Shown: piece by piece, positions 30,719-41,030 of the stretch
Position numbering within the stretch: the stretch's first letter is position 1
Layout: every line of letters begins with the position of its first letter
Source of the DNA: Schizochytrium sp. TIO01
Taxonomy: Eukaryota; Protista; Bigyra: Labyrinthulomycetes
DNA: 64,000 bases
NCBI GenBank assembly: GCA_004764695.1
Contig: SMSO01000032.1
Span: 5,736,483 to 5,800,482 of the forward strand
Reading direction: 5' to 3'
Notes under the pieces: model-generated
Seen by the model: only the letters and a program-made list of their open reading frames with translations
Databases searched by the model: none
What the model was told of the DNA's origin: nothing
Program-made: the position numbers and the translations under genes

Positions 30719-31423
30719 ATGCTAGAAACTCCTCGCTTGGTTTGGGAGCGTCGCACAGAGCCTCGGAAAGTACTCAAATACATGTCATGGTACACACTAG
30801 CTGCCTATATTTTTTTCATTAGTATAGGCGTTTATAGTACATGGAACACAGGTACTCAATTCAGTGTTTCGGCAATCGCTGCTAGTTCAAAATTAATGAC
30901 GCTTTATTTCACAGCAGTTGTTTATGCGCACAGTTATGTTATTCAGAGTTACTTGGTTATTATAGCAGAGTATCTCGGTGGTCGATCATTAGACTTTAAA
31001 GTTGTCGCTTTCGTGTGTATTGCATACAACATTTCGTTACTCGTACTAACCTACCTACCGATCACAGACTATCGTGAGTCACATAATATTTTCGCCATAT
31101 TAAGCTTATTCTTTGCATCAGGTTCAGTTTTTACACACCGACAAACTGTCTGGTCTGACAGCACGGGGAAGTACCTCATAGTAGCAGAGCTTGCGTTCCT
31201 GACGGTTATAATTGTATCAGCTGTGCTGTTCTGGTTCAAAGATTATGCCATTGGTGAATACATTTTAATAGGTATGATTCTTATTGACAAAGAATTAAAA
31301 ATCAGATTCATGGAGCACGTTGGTGTTATTACAACTGAAAATAGTCACTTAGTTATGTCTTATTATTCTCCACGCAATCCGGGAGAGATTCTTCGTCCAC
31401 CTGAACCAGGGGCTGGTCCTTAA
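30719..31423 (+). CDS. Six-transmembrane protein (Frag1/DRAM/DUF998-like)
   Basis: About 6 hydrophobic helices; SVSAI, SHNIFA and GEY motifs. Confidence 0.6.
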   Translation: MLETPRLVWERRTEPRKVLKYMSWYTLAAYIFFISIGVYSTWNTGTQFSVSAIAASSKLMTLYFTAVVYAHSYVIQSYLVIIAEYLGGRSLDFKVVAFVCIAYNISLLVLTYLPITDYRESHNIFAILSLFFASGSVFTHRQTVWSDSTGKYLIVAELAFLTVIIVSAVLFWFKDYAIGEYILIGMILIDKELKIRFMEHVGVITTENSHLVMSYYSPRNPGEILRPPEPGAGP

Positions 31424-32492
31424 AGAGGCAGCCAATGTTTGCTTCCCAGTATCTTGATTTTCGACATTCAGTGTCAGAACATCTTAACCACGCCATCTTA
31501 GTCTTTGTATTGTAAGTGAAGAACTGATTATTTGACCGATGCCTTTCTGATTTGTTACCTGGACACGGTGCATTGAGAACCACACACCGAATAAAAGGCC
31601 CGGATTGGTTGGCTGAAGATAAAGTTGCCTTGGGTCCTGAGACAACTCTAATGTAGTGATTAAGTACAGTATCCGGTATAACAACTGCACATGATTGGCC
31701 GTTGAGCCAAGAGGAAGAACCATTCCTATTATTTTTATTTGCACCAATTACCATATGAACTTTATCTGACGGTAAGCGTGCTTGGATCAACCCGCGTCGG
31801 AGTATATCTGCATTATATGATTTATCATCATCCATAGGCAGAAGTTGCGTTTCCACCGGTTTACCTTCTTTGCAAGACCATGGTATTCTAAAACACCTGT
31901 TGTTTCCGTAGACTTGTAGATCAACCCACTCTCTGGCTAACTTTGGATTCTTATAAGAGTCACGAATATTGGTAATCAATGATTTTACAACGCCCATATT
32001 TTCTAGGAATATATCGAAGATAATATGACTTGAGCATTTCTCTTCAAATGTCGCATCGAAGATAAGACATGATGGTTGAGCGCTGAGTTGAAGGAAAGTT
32101 TGTATTTCACACTTGGTGTGTTCTATGAATCTCTCAAGAAAACGGTAGTACATTTTCCGATCCTGAACATCCTTGCAATCAAGATCCAAATAAATACGAG
32201 TGGGTAGCGTACCTTGAAGTACCTCGTGTATATTGGGTGGAATCTGAGGATTCCTATTAAGAAGTCTTGGGTAATATTCATCCATGAAATATTGATAACC
32301 GCAGACAAAGTAACGCTTGGCACCGCGAGCTCCTATGATATCACGTGCGAATACAGGGTTACCAGTCTCTATACATAACCCCATAAGACTTTCATCGACC
32401 TCGGCTTGTGGGAAAATAAGTGACCCATCAAACCGAGGCGGTTGGGTTGATCCAAAGTTTGTCATGATGTAGTTTCGGGTTTGATTGGACAT
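31353..32492 (-). CDS. Archaeo-eukaryotic primase, PrimPol-like, with C-terminal zinc finger
   Basis: RIYLDLD (DxD), SSHII, DLQVYGNNRCFR, and C....H.SN...CSDTEC. Confidence 0.9.
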   Translation of the reverse strand: MSNQTRNYIMTNFGSTQPPRFDGSLIFPQAEVDESLMGLCIETGNPVFARDIIGARGAKRYFVCGYQYFMDEYYPRLLNRNPQIPPNIHEVLQGTLPTRIYLDLDCKDVQDRKMYYRFLERFIEHTKCEIQTFLQLSAQPSCLIFDATFEEKCSSHIIFDIFLENMGVVKSLITNIRDSYKNPKLAREWVDLQVYGNNRCFRIPWSCKEGKPVETQLLPMDDDKSYNADILRRGLIQARLPSDKVHMVIGANKNNRNGSSSWLNGQSCAVVIPDTVLNHYIRVVSGPKATLSSANQSGPFIRCVVLNAPCPGNKSERHRSNNQFFTYNTKTKMAWLRCSDTECRKSRYWEANIGCLFKDQPLVQVDEESLPDCVENNKT

Positions 32493-32532
32493 AAATGAAA
32501 ACTCAATAATAAGTTAATTTTTCCCCTGTTAT

Positions 32533-33393
32533 CTAGCGATTAATTAAATTGTATGGCGGCGAAGGAGGGCCCTGTGGTTGCTGCACCTGCGCAGTTGAGA
32601 AGTAAGAGTAGCGCTGATAGTTATTACTATTATTGTTATAGGGTTGGAACTGTTGCGGATAAGAAGAAGTAGGAACAGGAGGTGGGGGAGCCCGTGCAGA
32701 CGATGAAGGAACGGATCGATAAGAGTAGGAGTACCTATAATCCCCGTTCAAATAATCATGATAGAGAACACCAGCTGCCACACAAATGGAGAGGAAAATA
32801 GAAATGCTGGTTAGAGTGGGACCAAGTGGATGTACTGTAGCATCTACAGCCGAGACCGAATCTAAATGGTCCATGATGCGTGTGTAAAAGAATACAATTG
32901 CAACAACATCGACTGTCATTTGAACTACACTAAGAAGTTTCGAGCAAATTAGAGACCATGGATAAATACTGCGATCAATAGCATACATGATTTGGAAGAT
33001 AGTAGATGTGAAAGCCATAACAGATGCAATGATAAGCATCGCATACATAACACGGTAGTCAAACTCGGCTTTTGTATCGTTCAGAGCATTTGTGTCCTTG
33101 ATGATTCTTCCAATATCATAAATCGCATCATGTTCATCGAGTGTATTTGAACCTGTATCTACGGTGATCCACGGTAGAAGAAGTGCTCCTAGTTGAACAT
33201 GAGAGGATATCACAGATGCAGCGAGTACGTGCGTAAGGGAAAATCGCATGAATATCCGGGTATAATCAGATATATGAAATTTAACATATGCTTGGTTCCA
33301 GTCAAGCATCTTCATTGTTCCATTAAGTTTAAGAAAGCAAACAAAAATGGCGGAGGAACTATTTGAAAATACCGAGCACGATGGCTTTTCCAT
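32533..33393 (-). CDS. Four-transmembrane (claudin/amastin-like) protein with Pro/Tyr-rich tail
   Basis: ALLLPWITV at the end of the first helix; four hydrophobic helices; true start probably an internal ATG. Confidence 0.65.
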   Translation of the reverse strand: MEKPSCSVFSNSSSAIFVCFLKLNGTMKMLDWNQAYVKFHISDYTRIFMRFSLTHVLAASVISSHVQLGALLLPWITVDTGSNTLDEHDAIYDIGRIIKDTNALNDTKAEFDYRVMYAMLIIASVMAFTSTIFQIMYAIDRSIYPWSLICSKLLSVVQMTVDVVAIVFFYTRIMDHLDSVSAVDATVHPLGPTLTSISIFLSICVAAGVLYHDYLNGDYRYSYSYRSVPSSSARAPPPPVPTSSYPQQFQPYNNNSNNYQRYSYFSTAQVQQPQGPPSPPYNLINR

Positions 33394-34525
33394 TTACAAC
33401 AGCCACTTCTACCTAAATGTAGTTCGAATCAAACATTTTATGTACGCCCTGGAGAGTTCGGTCACTGAACAAACCTTGGAAGCCGATTTATTATTCTGGA
33501 TTGAGGAAGATGATGCGCGTTCACACCTTGCTGCTGAAATCATTAAGTTTGCCCGATTTTTCGAGAAGAATGATTTATTTTACCTGAAAGTTTCTTCCGA
33601 TGGAACAATTGAGGAACAGGTTTCTGTAAGTAGCGCTGAATGTAAACGGTATAGAGAAGCCGACTCGTTCCCCTCTATCGAGTATCCACCCAAGGCCTAT
33701 GCACATGCTCTTGCTTTATTAGAACTAAACGAACATGATCAACAAGAACTTGAAGAAGAAGAAGAAGACCTATCTCTCTTCCAAAAGTCCACAGACAAAG
33801 TAAATGATGCTATAATGAGTTGGTCATTAAATAGACGCACTAAATTACAGTGCACGAACTTCGAAGAGACACTCAATGCTCTAAATGAGATCAAGTCTAT
33901 CACTACTGGGGTTGACCATAAGTTTGATACCCTACCACCCCCTCTTGTTTTAGAACTTGGAAAGAATCTCTCGGATAATCTCAGTCGCGCCGAAAAAAAT
34001 ACTCTGTATTCCAAAGCTGCACCGTTACACAAATACTGTATAGTGGTTATATCAATAGACCAAGGACCAGGTAAAATAGGGTACATAAATATGAATCCAG
34101 AGTGTCAATCCGACAAAGTGCCTTCGCTTGGCTGTAGGATTAATATAGACCCTATCGCTATAAGATTTATGAATAGTCTCATGATGGTTCTTCGCCAGCC
34201 CCGGATATTGACGGTAGTTCTCTTGGGATTCATCCGCGAAAGCAAGCTTCCGGAACCTTTCGAGAAGTTTAAAAACGTTCACCAGGAATTCCATCATCTT
34301 ACTAATATTCTATACACTCATATGTTTAAAAAGCCAGTCATCGTGGTGGGAAGATTCGGTGCTATCATGGATCAGCTCCTTTCTTCGGGAGCATTTGTTG
34401 TATATCACCCGAAAGATGGCTATTCAATCGCCGAAACAATAATAGAAAAATCAAACAATGATTCCGATGACGACGCCATTGATAAGTTGAGTTCAGAATT
34501 ATCCACGTTAGCAATACCCAAATGA
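33347..34525 (+). CDS. Hypothetical protein
   Basis: 392-aa ORF. Confidence 0.8.
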   Translation: MAEELFENTEHDGFSIYNSHFYLNVVRIKHFMYALESSVTEQTLEADLLFWIEEDDARSHLAAEIIKFARFFEKNDLFYLKVSSDGTIEEQVSVSSAECKRYREADSFPSIEYPPKAYAHALALLELNEHDQQELEEEEEDLSLFQKSTDKVNDAIMSWSLNRRTKLQCTNFEETLNALNEIKSITTGVDHKFDTLPPPLVLELGKNLSDNLSRAEKNTLYSKAAPLHKYCIVVISIDQGPGKIGYINMNPECQSDKVPSLGCRINIDPIAIRFMNSLMMVLRQPRILTVVLLGFIRESKLPEPFEKFKNVHQEFHHLTNILYTHMFKKPVIVVGRFGAIMDQLLSSGAFVVYHPKDGYSIAETIIEKSNNDSDDDAIDKLSSELSTLAIPK

Positions 34526-34540
34526 AACGAAACTCAAATC

Positions 34541-34693
34541 ATGGGTGCCATTGTTTCTAAAATTACACCATCGGTTAATGGCCGCATTGCTTCAATTGAA
34601 AGCATTCAAGATACTCGTGGTGGTAAGAAAGTGCACCCTAAGTGCTTGTTAGCTGAAACTATAGAAGGAAATTATTTTCATAATCGAAATTAA
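34541..34693 (+). CDS. Small protein with N-myristoylation motif (absent from the ORF track)
   Basis: MGAIVSKITPSVNGRIASIESIQDTRGGKKVHPKCLLAETIEGNYFHNRN*; fills almost the whole intergenic gap. Confidence 0.55.
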   Translation: MGAIVSKITPSVNGRIASIESIQDTRGGKKVHPKCLLAETIEGNYFHNRN

Positions 34694-34699
34694 AATTAA

Positions 34700-37600
34700 C
34701 TAGTATCTAATTGTACTAATAGGGGGAACTTGAATATTTGTATAATGTGCAATGGCACTCAACATACCACACCCATGTGCAATGATAGCAAGGTAATGCT
34801 TGTTCCCTAAACTCACTTGAAATGAAACAAATGGAATATTCGTCTCAGCGAGAATTTCAATCATTGACCCCACAATGATATGAATAATAATAAAGGTAAC
34901 ACTGATACCAAAAATTAGGGCTGCCACAACACCTACAAAGTCATCCATCGACGTCTTTGCGTCAAGGCGGAATAAACGCAATACTTGAAGAAATGCTTTG
35001 GATTCACTCCCCAATGCAGCCAAGATCCATACAATGAAAAGAAGTAATGTACAACCCACGGGGACAGCAAAAACTACAATGTTCTCTGTTGTGTGGGCGA
35101 TAGGGTATGTGATCGGGAAACTATCGACGTAAATCATTTCTAAGAGTCGTGTTTTCAAACTATCCAATTGCGAAATCATGGAAAGAAAATCGTCCTTGAA
35201 AGGAACAATTCTTTCTTCAAAAATGACATCCATGTTAGCAATCTTCGTGAGAATGCTAGCAAAGCGATCGAGTATTCCACACCCTGCATCGTTAAACTCA
35301 TCAGTTATATCCTCAACGGATGATGAAGTGAAAGTAGTATCCTGAATCTCAGTTGCCGTTTGCACTGCCTCAGGTTTCATAATGTAAGCCATTTCTACAT
35401 AATCACTCTGGTATGTTGCCTTGATAATGATAGGGATTGGAATGATGCTGAAAAGAAGAGGTTGCAAATACTGGATTCGCAAGTCTGAAAGAGTCAATAA
35501 AAATTGGCCCACGATTCTTAATTTGTACGCAATATTTTCTTTAAGGTCCGTACCAAGACGGATGAAGGCCGCTGATGTTTGTACATGGTGGTTGGTATTG
35601 TGTACCCGAGTTAAGTCAATTAAAAATAGTGCACCATAACCTAACGTCTGAATAAATCTGACGAGTGCTGTTTGAAAGAACCATTTCAGAAAATGGACTG
35701 TACCCACAATAATATAGTTCCAAACAAACCAAAAAGTTCTGCGAGGAAGTGTTAAAAGAGCAATGGCGAACTCTGTGTAGATGTATGAAACTGCACCAAC
35801 AACAATACAAGCATTACCAGCAAAGGAAACGAGATACGCATATTGAAGCGCTTCATAACCCACGTCAAGTTCAAGGGTGGCTGAAACTAGACTATCTGGC
35901 AACGCATCTAGAATAATCTCAAGGAATTCTGGAAAGTACAACATGACTACGTACATTGCGAAGTCAGAGAGTAGCATAGGTAACGCTAACCCAATGCCGA
36001 CCTTGAGACCCAATGCAAGCTTGTCTATGAATATACTCTCTTTACCCTTCACTGTTATATGTGGACGCTGTCGGCGAAGCATAATAAGTGTAAGTGCAAT
36101 TCCAGCAGTCACTATGATTGGGAAGAATAACCAGGCGATGGTTTTAGTAGCATTCACAGTGCGCTTAGATTGGCTGAGACTCAATGCCTTGAGTCGACGC
36201 TTCAGTTTTTGGGTTTTTGATCTAATCTTCAGTAGATTGGGAATTTTCTTGAATACTTTGTTTGCAAGTCTATACACCTTGTAACCAGCATCTACAAGTT
36301 TGCTCATGATTGATGCTGCTGTTCCTACAAAAGGAATCAAGGTCATGATAAAAAGGGTTGCTGTGATTGCTGTGATGGAATTACATTTAATTTGGGAACA
36401 AAACTTATCAATGTAGTAAGGGTCCTCAAATGCTGCATCCGTCAAATTCTTACCAGACATTTGAGCTTCTAAAAGCTGCTGATCGAGTTCTTCAATAAGT
36501 TCTGAACGCATGGTGTCCTCTCGACTTTCTACGTTAGAACATGCCCTCCGTTTAAGAAAACGAATTTTCCTGAATTCCCTCCACCGGTAGGCATAAGGAT
36601 TCTCAGACTGAATACAATCTTCGAGGTTAAAAAATGTACCCGTCTTGACCGTTTCTTGTCTCATCTCTGTGAGCGAATCTTCAATTTGTTGTAGACCCTC
36701 TTCGCGGCTATCAACATTTGTGAGGTCTACAGTCACGGACAATGGTCGAATGCAGGGGTTTACCTTCCTCACAATCTCGGCGAGGTCTGTGTATGTATCC
36801 ATAATCTGAGAGTCTACTGAGTCAACCACCTCTACCATATTTTGAGTAATTCCGGCTGGTTCCATTGTTATCTCTAGCCACGTGTGTGAGTATGAAATAA
36901 AAAGGAGTGGAAGTGGGATGATACAGAGAATAAGGCCAACCTTGTAGAATAAATTGGGAATGAATCTCAAAAGGTCATCAACCTTTCCAAATGAAAAGAA
37001 ATATGCACATGTTGATACGGCGTTGAAAATAGCAACCAACATAATTATTGTGAAGAGATCATCATTTGAAGAAACCTCCTCTAGCTTTGCAATACAAAAT
37101 GATGAGACACATGTAATAACGGGTAAAGAATGTGTGTATCGTCTGTAAAATAAAAGAATATAAGCAGCCACCACACACATGAGTACAACAGCCATACTCT
37201 CTACAAATTGATCATTAAAGAACAACAGGACACTTTGTAAGGTGCTGTCCACAGACTGTAAGCTAAGCAATTGATCCAACTCACTCACCGAGAGGCCAGT
37301 TGTTGAGTTGTACGTCACAGAAGAGCTGGCGCCAACCGTGGCAAGCTGCTTAATGCGTCGTGTTGCTTCTGATTCCACGCCAGTAAACGTATTAATATCA
37401 TACAGCGCATAACAATTCACTGCGAGAGTTAGACCGATGATTGCCCTAGGAAGAATGGTACTGAGAAAGGAAACATAGTACTCCTGAACACGGTGTGCTT
37501 CCTTATGATCAGCTTGAGTAGTTAGGTGTCCATCCATAACAGGTTGTGTTTGTTTACTTCTATTTTTTTGTTTCTTACGGGAGTAGTTGTTTCCATATGA

Positions 37601-38200
37601 ACTGCTAGCATGATCAACTACCTCTAATTCTACAACCTCAACTCGGCGACTACATGGGTTGTTCAGCATAATCCCAAGTGCATATAGCACAGCTGCAAGA
37701 AAGCAAAATGCCTTTGACAAAGCAACCGCCTTGGAAAACGCTACACCGAATCCATTTGGCTCGAGAAGATCCAGTGTGAGTTCCGTCACATCACTGTCAG
37801 CATCATTACTTGTAAGAAAAGTTTGAATCTCTGTAAATAATACATTTGGATCTTCCACAATGGAGCTGGATGACACAAAACATAACCCTGTGAAAAAAAG
37901 CACTCTGAAAAGCCCAGCTACAGGTGAGGTAGATGCCTCATTACCAAGTAAAGATATTTCAAAGAGATCATCATCCTCAAAGGGTGAGCTAATACTGAAA
38001 AACATTACCACTATAGATGCCAAAGCATGAATTAAATCGTCCACAATGGAAGTGAAATCCCCAAGACTATCCAAATTCGAATAGCGATACCGATAATCCA
38101 AAGTATTATTAATGAAAATCACCATGGATGCCATAAACATAGCAAAATTAAACAATTGAACGGGAGTTGTTGAAGCCAAGTAGACATAGTCAAGCGCCAT
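34700..38200 (-). CDS. Large polytopic membrane protein
   Basis: 1166 aa with more than 12 hydrophobic segments and Cys-containing loops. Confidence 0.85.
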   Translation of the reverse strand: MALDYVYLASTTPVQLFNFAMFMASMVIFINNTLDYRYRYSNLDSLGDFTSIVDDLIHALASIVVMFFSISSPFEDDDLFEISLLGNEASTSPVAGLFRVLFFTGLCFVSSSSIVEDPNVLFTEIQTFLTSNDADSDVTELTLDLLEPNGFGVAFSKAVALSKAFCFLAAVLYALGIMLNNPCSRRVEVVELEVVDHASSSYGNNYSRKKQKNRSKQTQPVMDGHLTTQADHKEAHRVQEYYVSFLSTILPRAIIGLTLAVNCYALYDINTFTGVESEATRRIKQLATVGASSSVTYNSTTGLSVSELDQLLSLQSVDSTLQSVLLFFNDQFVESMAVVLMCVVAAYILLFYRRYTHSLPVITCVSSFCIAKLEEVSSNDDLFTIIMLVAIFNAVSTCAYFFSFGKVDDLLRFIPNLFYKVGLILCIIPLPLLFISYSHTWLEITMEPAGITQNMVEVVDSVDSQIMDTYTDLAEIVRKVNPCIRPLSVTVDLTNVDSREEGLQQIEDSLTEMRQETVKTGTFFNLEDCIQSENPYAYRWREFRKIRFLKRRACSNVESREDTMRSELIEELDQQLLEAQMSGKNLTDAAFEDPYYIDKFCSQIKCNSITAITATLFIMTLIPFVGTAASIMSKLVDAGYKVYRLANKVFKKIPNLLKIRSKTQKLKRRLKALSLSQSKRTVNATKTIAWLFFPIIVTAGIALTLIMLRRQRPHITVKGKESIFIDKLALGLKVGIGLALPMLLSDFAMYVVMLYFPEFLEIILDALPDSLVSATLELDVGYEALQYAYLVSFAGNACIVVGAVSYIYTEFAIALLTLPRRTFWFVWNYIIVGTVHFLKWFFQTALVRFIQTLGYGALFLIDLTRVHNTNHHVQTSAAFIRLGTDLKENIAYKLRIVGQFLLTLSDLRIQYLQPLLFSIIPIPIIIKATYQSDYVEMAYIMKPEAVQTATEIQDTTFTSSSVEDITDEFNDAGCGILDRFASILTKIANMDVIFEERIVPFKDDFLSMISQLDSLKTRLLEMIYVDSFPITYPIAHTTENIVVFAVPVGCTLLLFIVWILAALGSESKAFLQVLRLFRLDAKTSMDDFVGVVAALIFGISVTFIIIHIIVGSMIEILAETNIPFVSFQVSLGNKHYLAIIAHGCGMLSAIAHYTNIQVPPISTIRY

Positions 38201-38254
38201 AACAATTACTTTTTTTCTTTCTCAATGTATATTGACCTTATTTATTATATAGAT

Positions 38255-39736
38255 TTAAAAGTCATGCACTGTGGCGCCTTGCTTTTGAATCTTCTTGATC
38301 ATTGAATTGACCTCATTGATAGTGGCTTTCGTTAACGTACGCCACATGTTATTCTTCTCAAACGGATCATCCGCGAGGTTGTAAGCCTCTTTCTTGGTAG
38401 GAAGATACTTCATATCACCTAAACGAATAGCCATACGAGCCTTACTATCTTCGTACAGGAGAGGCTTTTCGCGAGACTGCTGACAAGCACAGGTGTCCGA
38501 AAACACCTTGGCGAAGCTGACGCTGTCAGTACGGTCTTCCAAATCATAACCCACCAGATCAATGCTGTCAGTAATATCAAGCAGAGTGGCCATGATGTCA
38601 AGTTGAGAGATGGGCAAGGATACCATGCGGTTAGGCTCTGTGATACCATTCGGCCAGCGCATAAAGGTTGGTACTCGACTACCTCCCTCGTAAAGCGTAC
38701 GCTTTGAACCCTTGAAGTCACCACGACCATTGTAACCAAAACGTTCAAGGTTATGGACCAGTGTCTCAGGGCCATTGTCAGAGGTCCAAATGAAAAGTGT
38801 ATCATTACCAATTCCGTAATAATCAAGTCGATCCAAAAGTTGCCCAGCTCGAAAGTCCAATTCCTCTACCATATCTGTCCATGGCCCAAACTCAGTCTTT
38901 CCTTGAAAGTCCGGATGAGCAATGACAGGGTGGTGAGGTGTGGTTGCAGCGAAGTAAAGAAAAAAGTGCGTGTCGTGGTTGCGATCAATAAAGTCGAGTG
39001 CGTGGTTTGTTAGGTTCTCCATAACATAAGCAATATCAAAGTCGGGAGCACATTCCACACGAGCTGAACCGTAGGGCTCCTCGCGTGGCTCTAAAAATGT
39101 ATAGGTTTTCTGTTGCGGATACGCATTGATAACACCACCAACCACTCTCTGCTTCTTTGTCCAAAAATCAGCAGGGACAGGTGTAGTATCATTTTGAATA
39201 AAAGTGAGAAAGCCGTAGTTTAGGGACGCCATGAGACCATAGAACTCATCGAAGCCATGATCAACAGGTCCACCCGAGATAGGTTCATCCCACATCCGAT
39301 CACCTCTGGAACCAGGAATGTCAAGTCCGAGGTGCCACTTACCTACCATTGCGGTTTCGTAACCTAGACCGTCACGGAGGAGAGTGGCAATGGTAGGGAA
39401 ATCATCCTCAATAATAGGCTTAGTGTTAATGTTTGCTACACCACCATTAGGACGCACGCGTGACGGTGTACGACCCGTAAGGAGGCCGTACCGGGAGGGA
39501 GTACAAACAGAACAGGCACTGTGTGCATCAGTGAAGTTTAGACCTTCGTCTGCGAGACGAAGCATAGTGGGTGTCTCAAGTAAACCTGGATTCATACGCT
39601 CGTGGTCACCCCAACCTTGGTCATCAGTGTAAAAGATGACAATATTAGGAAGACGCTCGGTGGCTCCAGACGAAAATTGAATGCTCCACCATAGGAGCAT
39701 ACTGGTTATCATAAACGCCGATTGAGCACGATGCAT
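38255..39736 (-). CDS. Secreted arylsulfatase (formylglycine-dependent S1 sulfatase)
   Basis: Signal peptide; PNIVIFYTDDQG, CTPSRYGLLTGR (CxPxR), GKWHLG, SDNG and KRTLYEGG.RVP. Confidence 0.95.
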   Translation of the reverse strand: MHRAQSAFMITSMLLWWSIQFSSGATERLPNIVIFYTDDQGWGDHERMNPGLLETPTMLRLADEGLNFTDAHSACSVCTPSRYGLLTGRTPSRVRPNGGVANINTKPIIEDDFPTIATLLRDGLGYETAMVGKWHLGLDIPGSRGDRMWDEPISGGPVDHGFDEFYGLMASLNYGFLTFIQNDTTPVPADFWTKKQRVVGGVINAYPQQKTYTFLEPREEPYGSARVECAPDFDIAYVMENLTNHALDFIDRNHDTHFFLYFAATTPHHPVIAHPDFQGKTEFGPWTDMVEELDFRAGQLLDRLDYYGIGNDTLFIWTSDNGPETLVHNLERFGYNGRGDFKGSKRTLYEGGSRVPTFMRWPNGITEPNRMVSLPISQLDIMATLLDITDSIDLVGYDLEDRTDSVSFAKVFSDTCACQQSREKPLLYEDSKARMAIRLGDMKYLPTKKEAYNLADDPFEKNNMWRTLTKATINEVNSMIKKIQKQGATVHDF

Positions 39737-39870
39737 GGTGGTTGCTTATTATTATTCGCGGTGAAAGAATCAGTATTTCGGGTTTGGTGAGCTTGAATTG
39801 ATACCAAAGCGTTTTGGGTCTGCTGAGCTAGGGATACATTTATACATTACTCATTTATAGACTAGTTGAA

Positions 39871-40725
39871 ATGCATAGGATTCATAGTAACACCATGCTC
39901 CTTCTAGCACTTTTCCTATTACTGTCTACAGTGCTCGTGCAAGGAGAGTGGTCTGATTTCTACAGAGAGTATCCAGACAATATTATCCCCAACGTTCAGC
40001 GTCTTCGTAGGTATGCCAATGAAGACCGCTATGAATTATTAGCATACGAGCCATCTATATATGTTTCGAATGCTTCCAGTAGAACAGCAGAGAATATTCT
40101 AGAAACATACAGATTCATTGAAGAATACCAAGGCTTCATTTTCTTTCCCAATGGAACACTCTCGAAAGTTCTTATGCGGAAGAAAGGAACTTCCACAACT
40201 TTCAGCGGGTATGTCGGGGAAATGATGGCGTCTACTGATGGAGAGTTGTACTATGAAAAAATTCCAATGAAAAGAAAATCGTGGCTTATTAGTAAACTCT
40301 ATGGTGATGAAACAACCTACCGTAATACACGTATCAATATGACTTCGTTCATTCCAAGCAAACACTGTATTCTTAGAGGTAACCTTGCCACAGTGTCGAC
40401 ATGTAATCAAATACCTAAATGTCTCGGTTTTTTTGTGGAGGATAGTGCCACCGATAGTCCGTGTCTTTTATCTTTTCTTTCCAAGAACATTCTGACATCA
40501 GAAGGTTATTCATGGGACGGAACCACGGAACAAGTGGGAATCAAGCGTTCACAGAAAACTCTCCTCACCTTGATGCAGGAAAATAGACAGACCACTATCA
40601 TTTTATTACTTCTTCTGTGGGACATTGAACTCATTGCGTTTAATACTCAACTCTTTAGCAAAACTGCAGCTGGTATTGGAACTCTTATACGATGGATTAT
40701 TATACGTGTGTTTAATAGAACTTAA
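39871..40725 (+). CDS. Secreted or membrane-anchored hypothetical protein
   Basis: Signal peptide and hydrophobic C-terminus. Confidence 0.7.
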   Translation: MHRIHSNTMLLLALFLLLSTVLVQGEWSDFYREYPDNIIPNVQRLRRYANEDRYELLAYEPSIYVSNASSRTAENILETYRFIEEYQGFIFFPNGTLSKVLMRKKGTSTTFSGYVGEMMASTDGELYYEKIPMKRKSWLISKLYGDETTYRNTRINMTSFIPSKHCILRGNLATVSTCNQIPKCLGFFVEDSATDSPCLLSFLSKNILTSEGYSWDGTTEQVGIKRSQKTLLTLMQENRQTTIILLLLLWDIELIAFNTQLFSKTAAGIGTLIRWIIIRVFNRT

Positions 40726-40757
40726 AATAGAGTTACTTGTTTTAGTTTAAACCATTC

Positions 40758-40991
40758 ATGTTCATAGCAAATGCAATTTTGATGCTTATTGTTGTTGCAA
40801 TAGTTGCCCTTATTGTCGGAATATTGCGGAATCTATATTTCTTAGTAGCGTTTGTCGTGAAGTTGGTTTTATGGATTTTAGATTTCTTGTGTTGTAATCA
40901 TTGCCAACCAACCCAGGAGAATGGGGCAGTTTCAAGTACTGATGGTGGTAAAGAAGAAGAGATTATTAATCGTCACATCGTAGTGGTCTGA
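40758..40991 (+). CDS. Small membrane protein
   Basis: Hydrophobic N-terminus followed by CCNHC (possible palmitoylation sites). Confidence 0.6.
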   Translation: MFIANAILMLIVVAIVALIVGILRNLYFLVAFVVKLVLWILDFLCCNHCQPTQENGAVSSTDGGKEEEIINRHIVVV

Positions 40992-41030
40992 TATAAGTCA
41001 AAATCATGATACTTGATATTGATAATTACA

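Noticed and set aside
32533-32600. PPxY late domain in the four-transmembrane protein tail
   Set aside because: The sequence is PPSPPY, which does not match strict PPxY.
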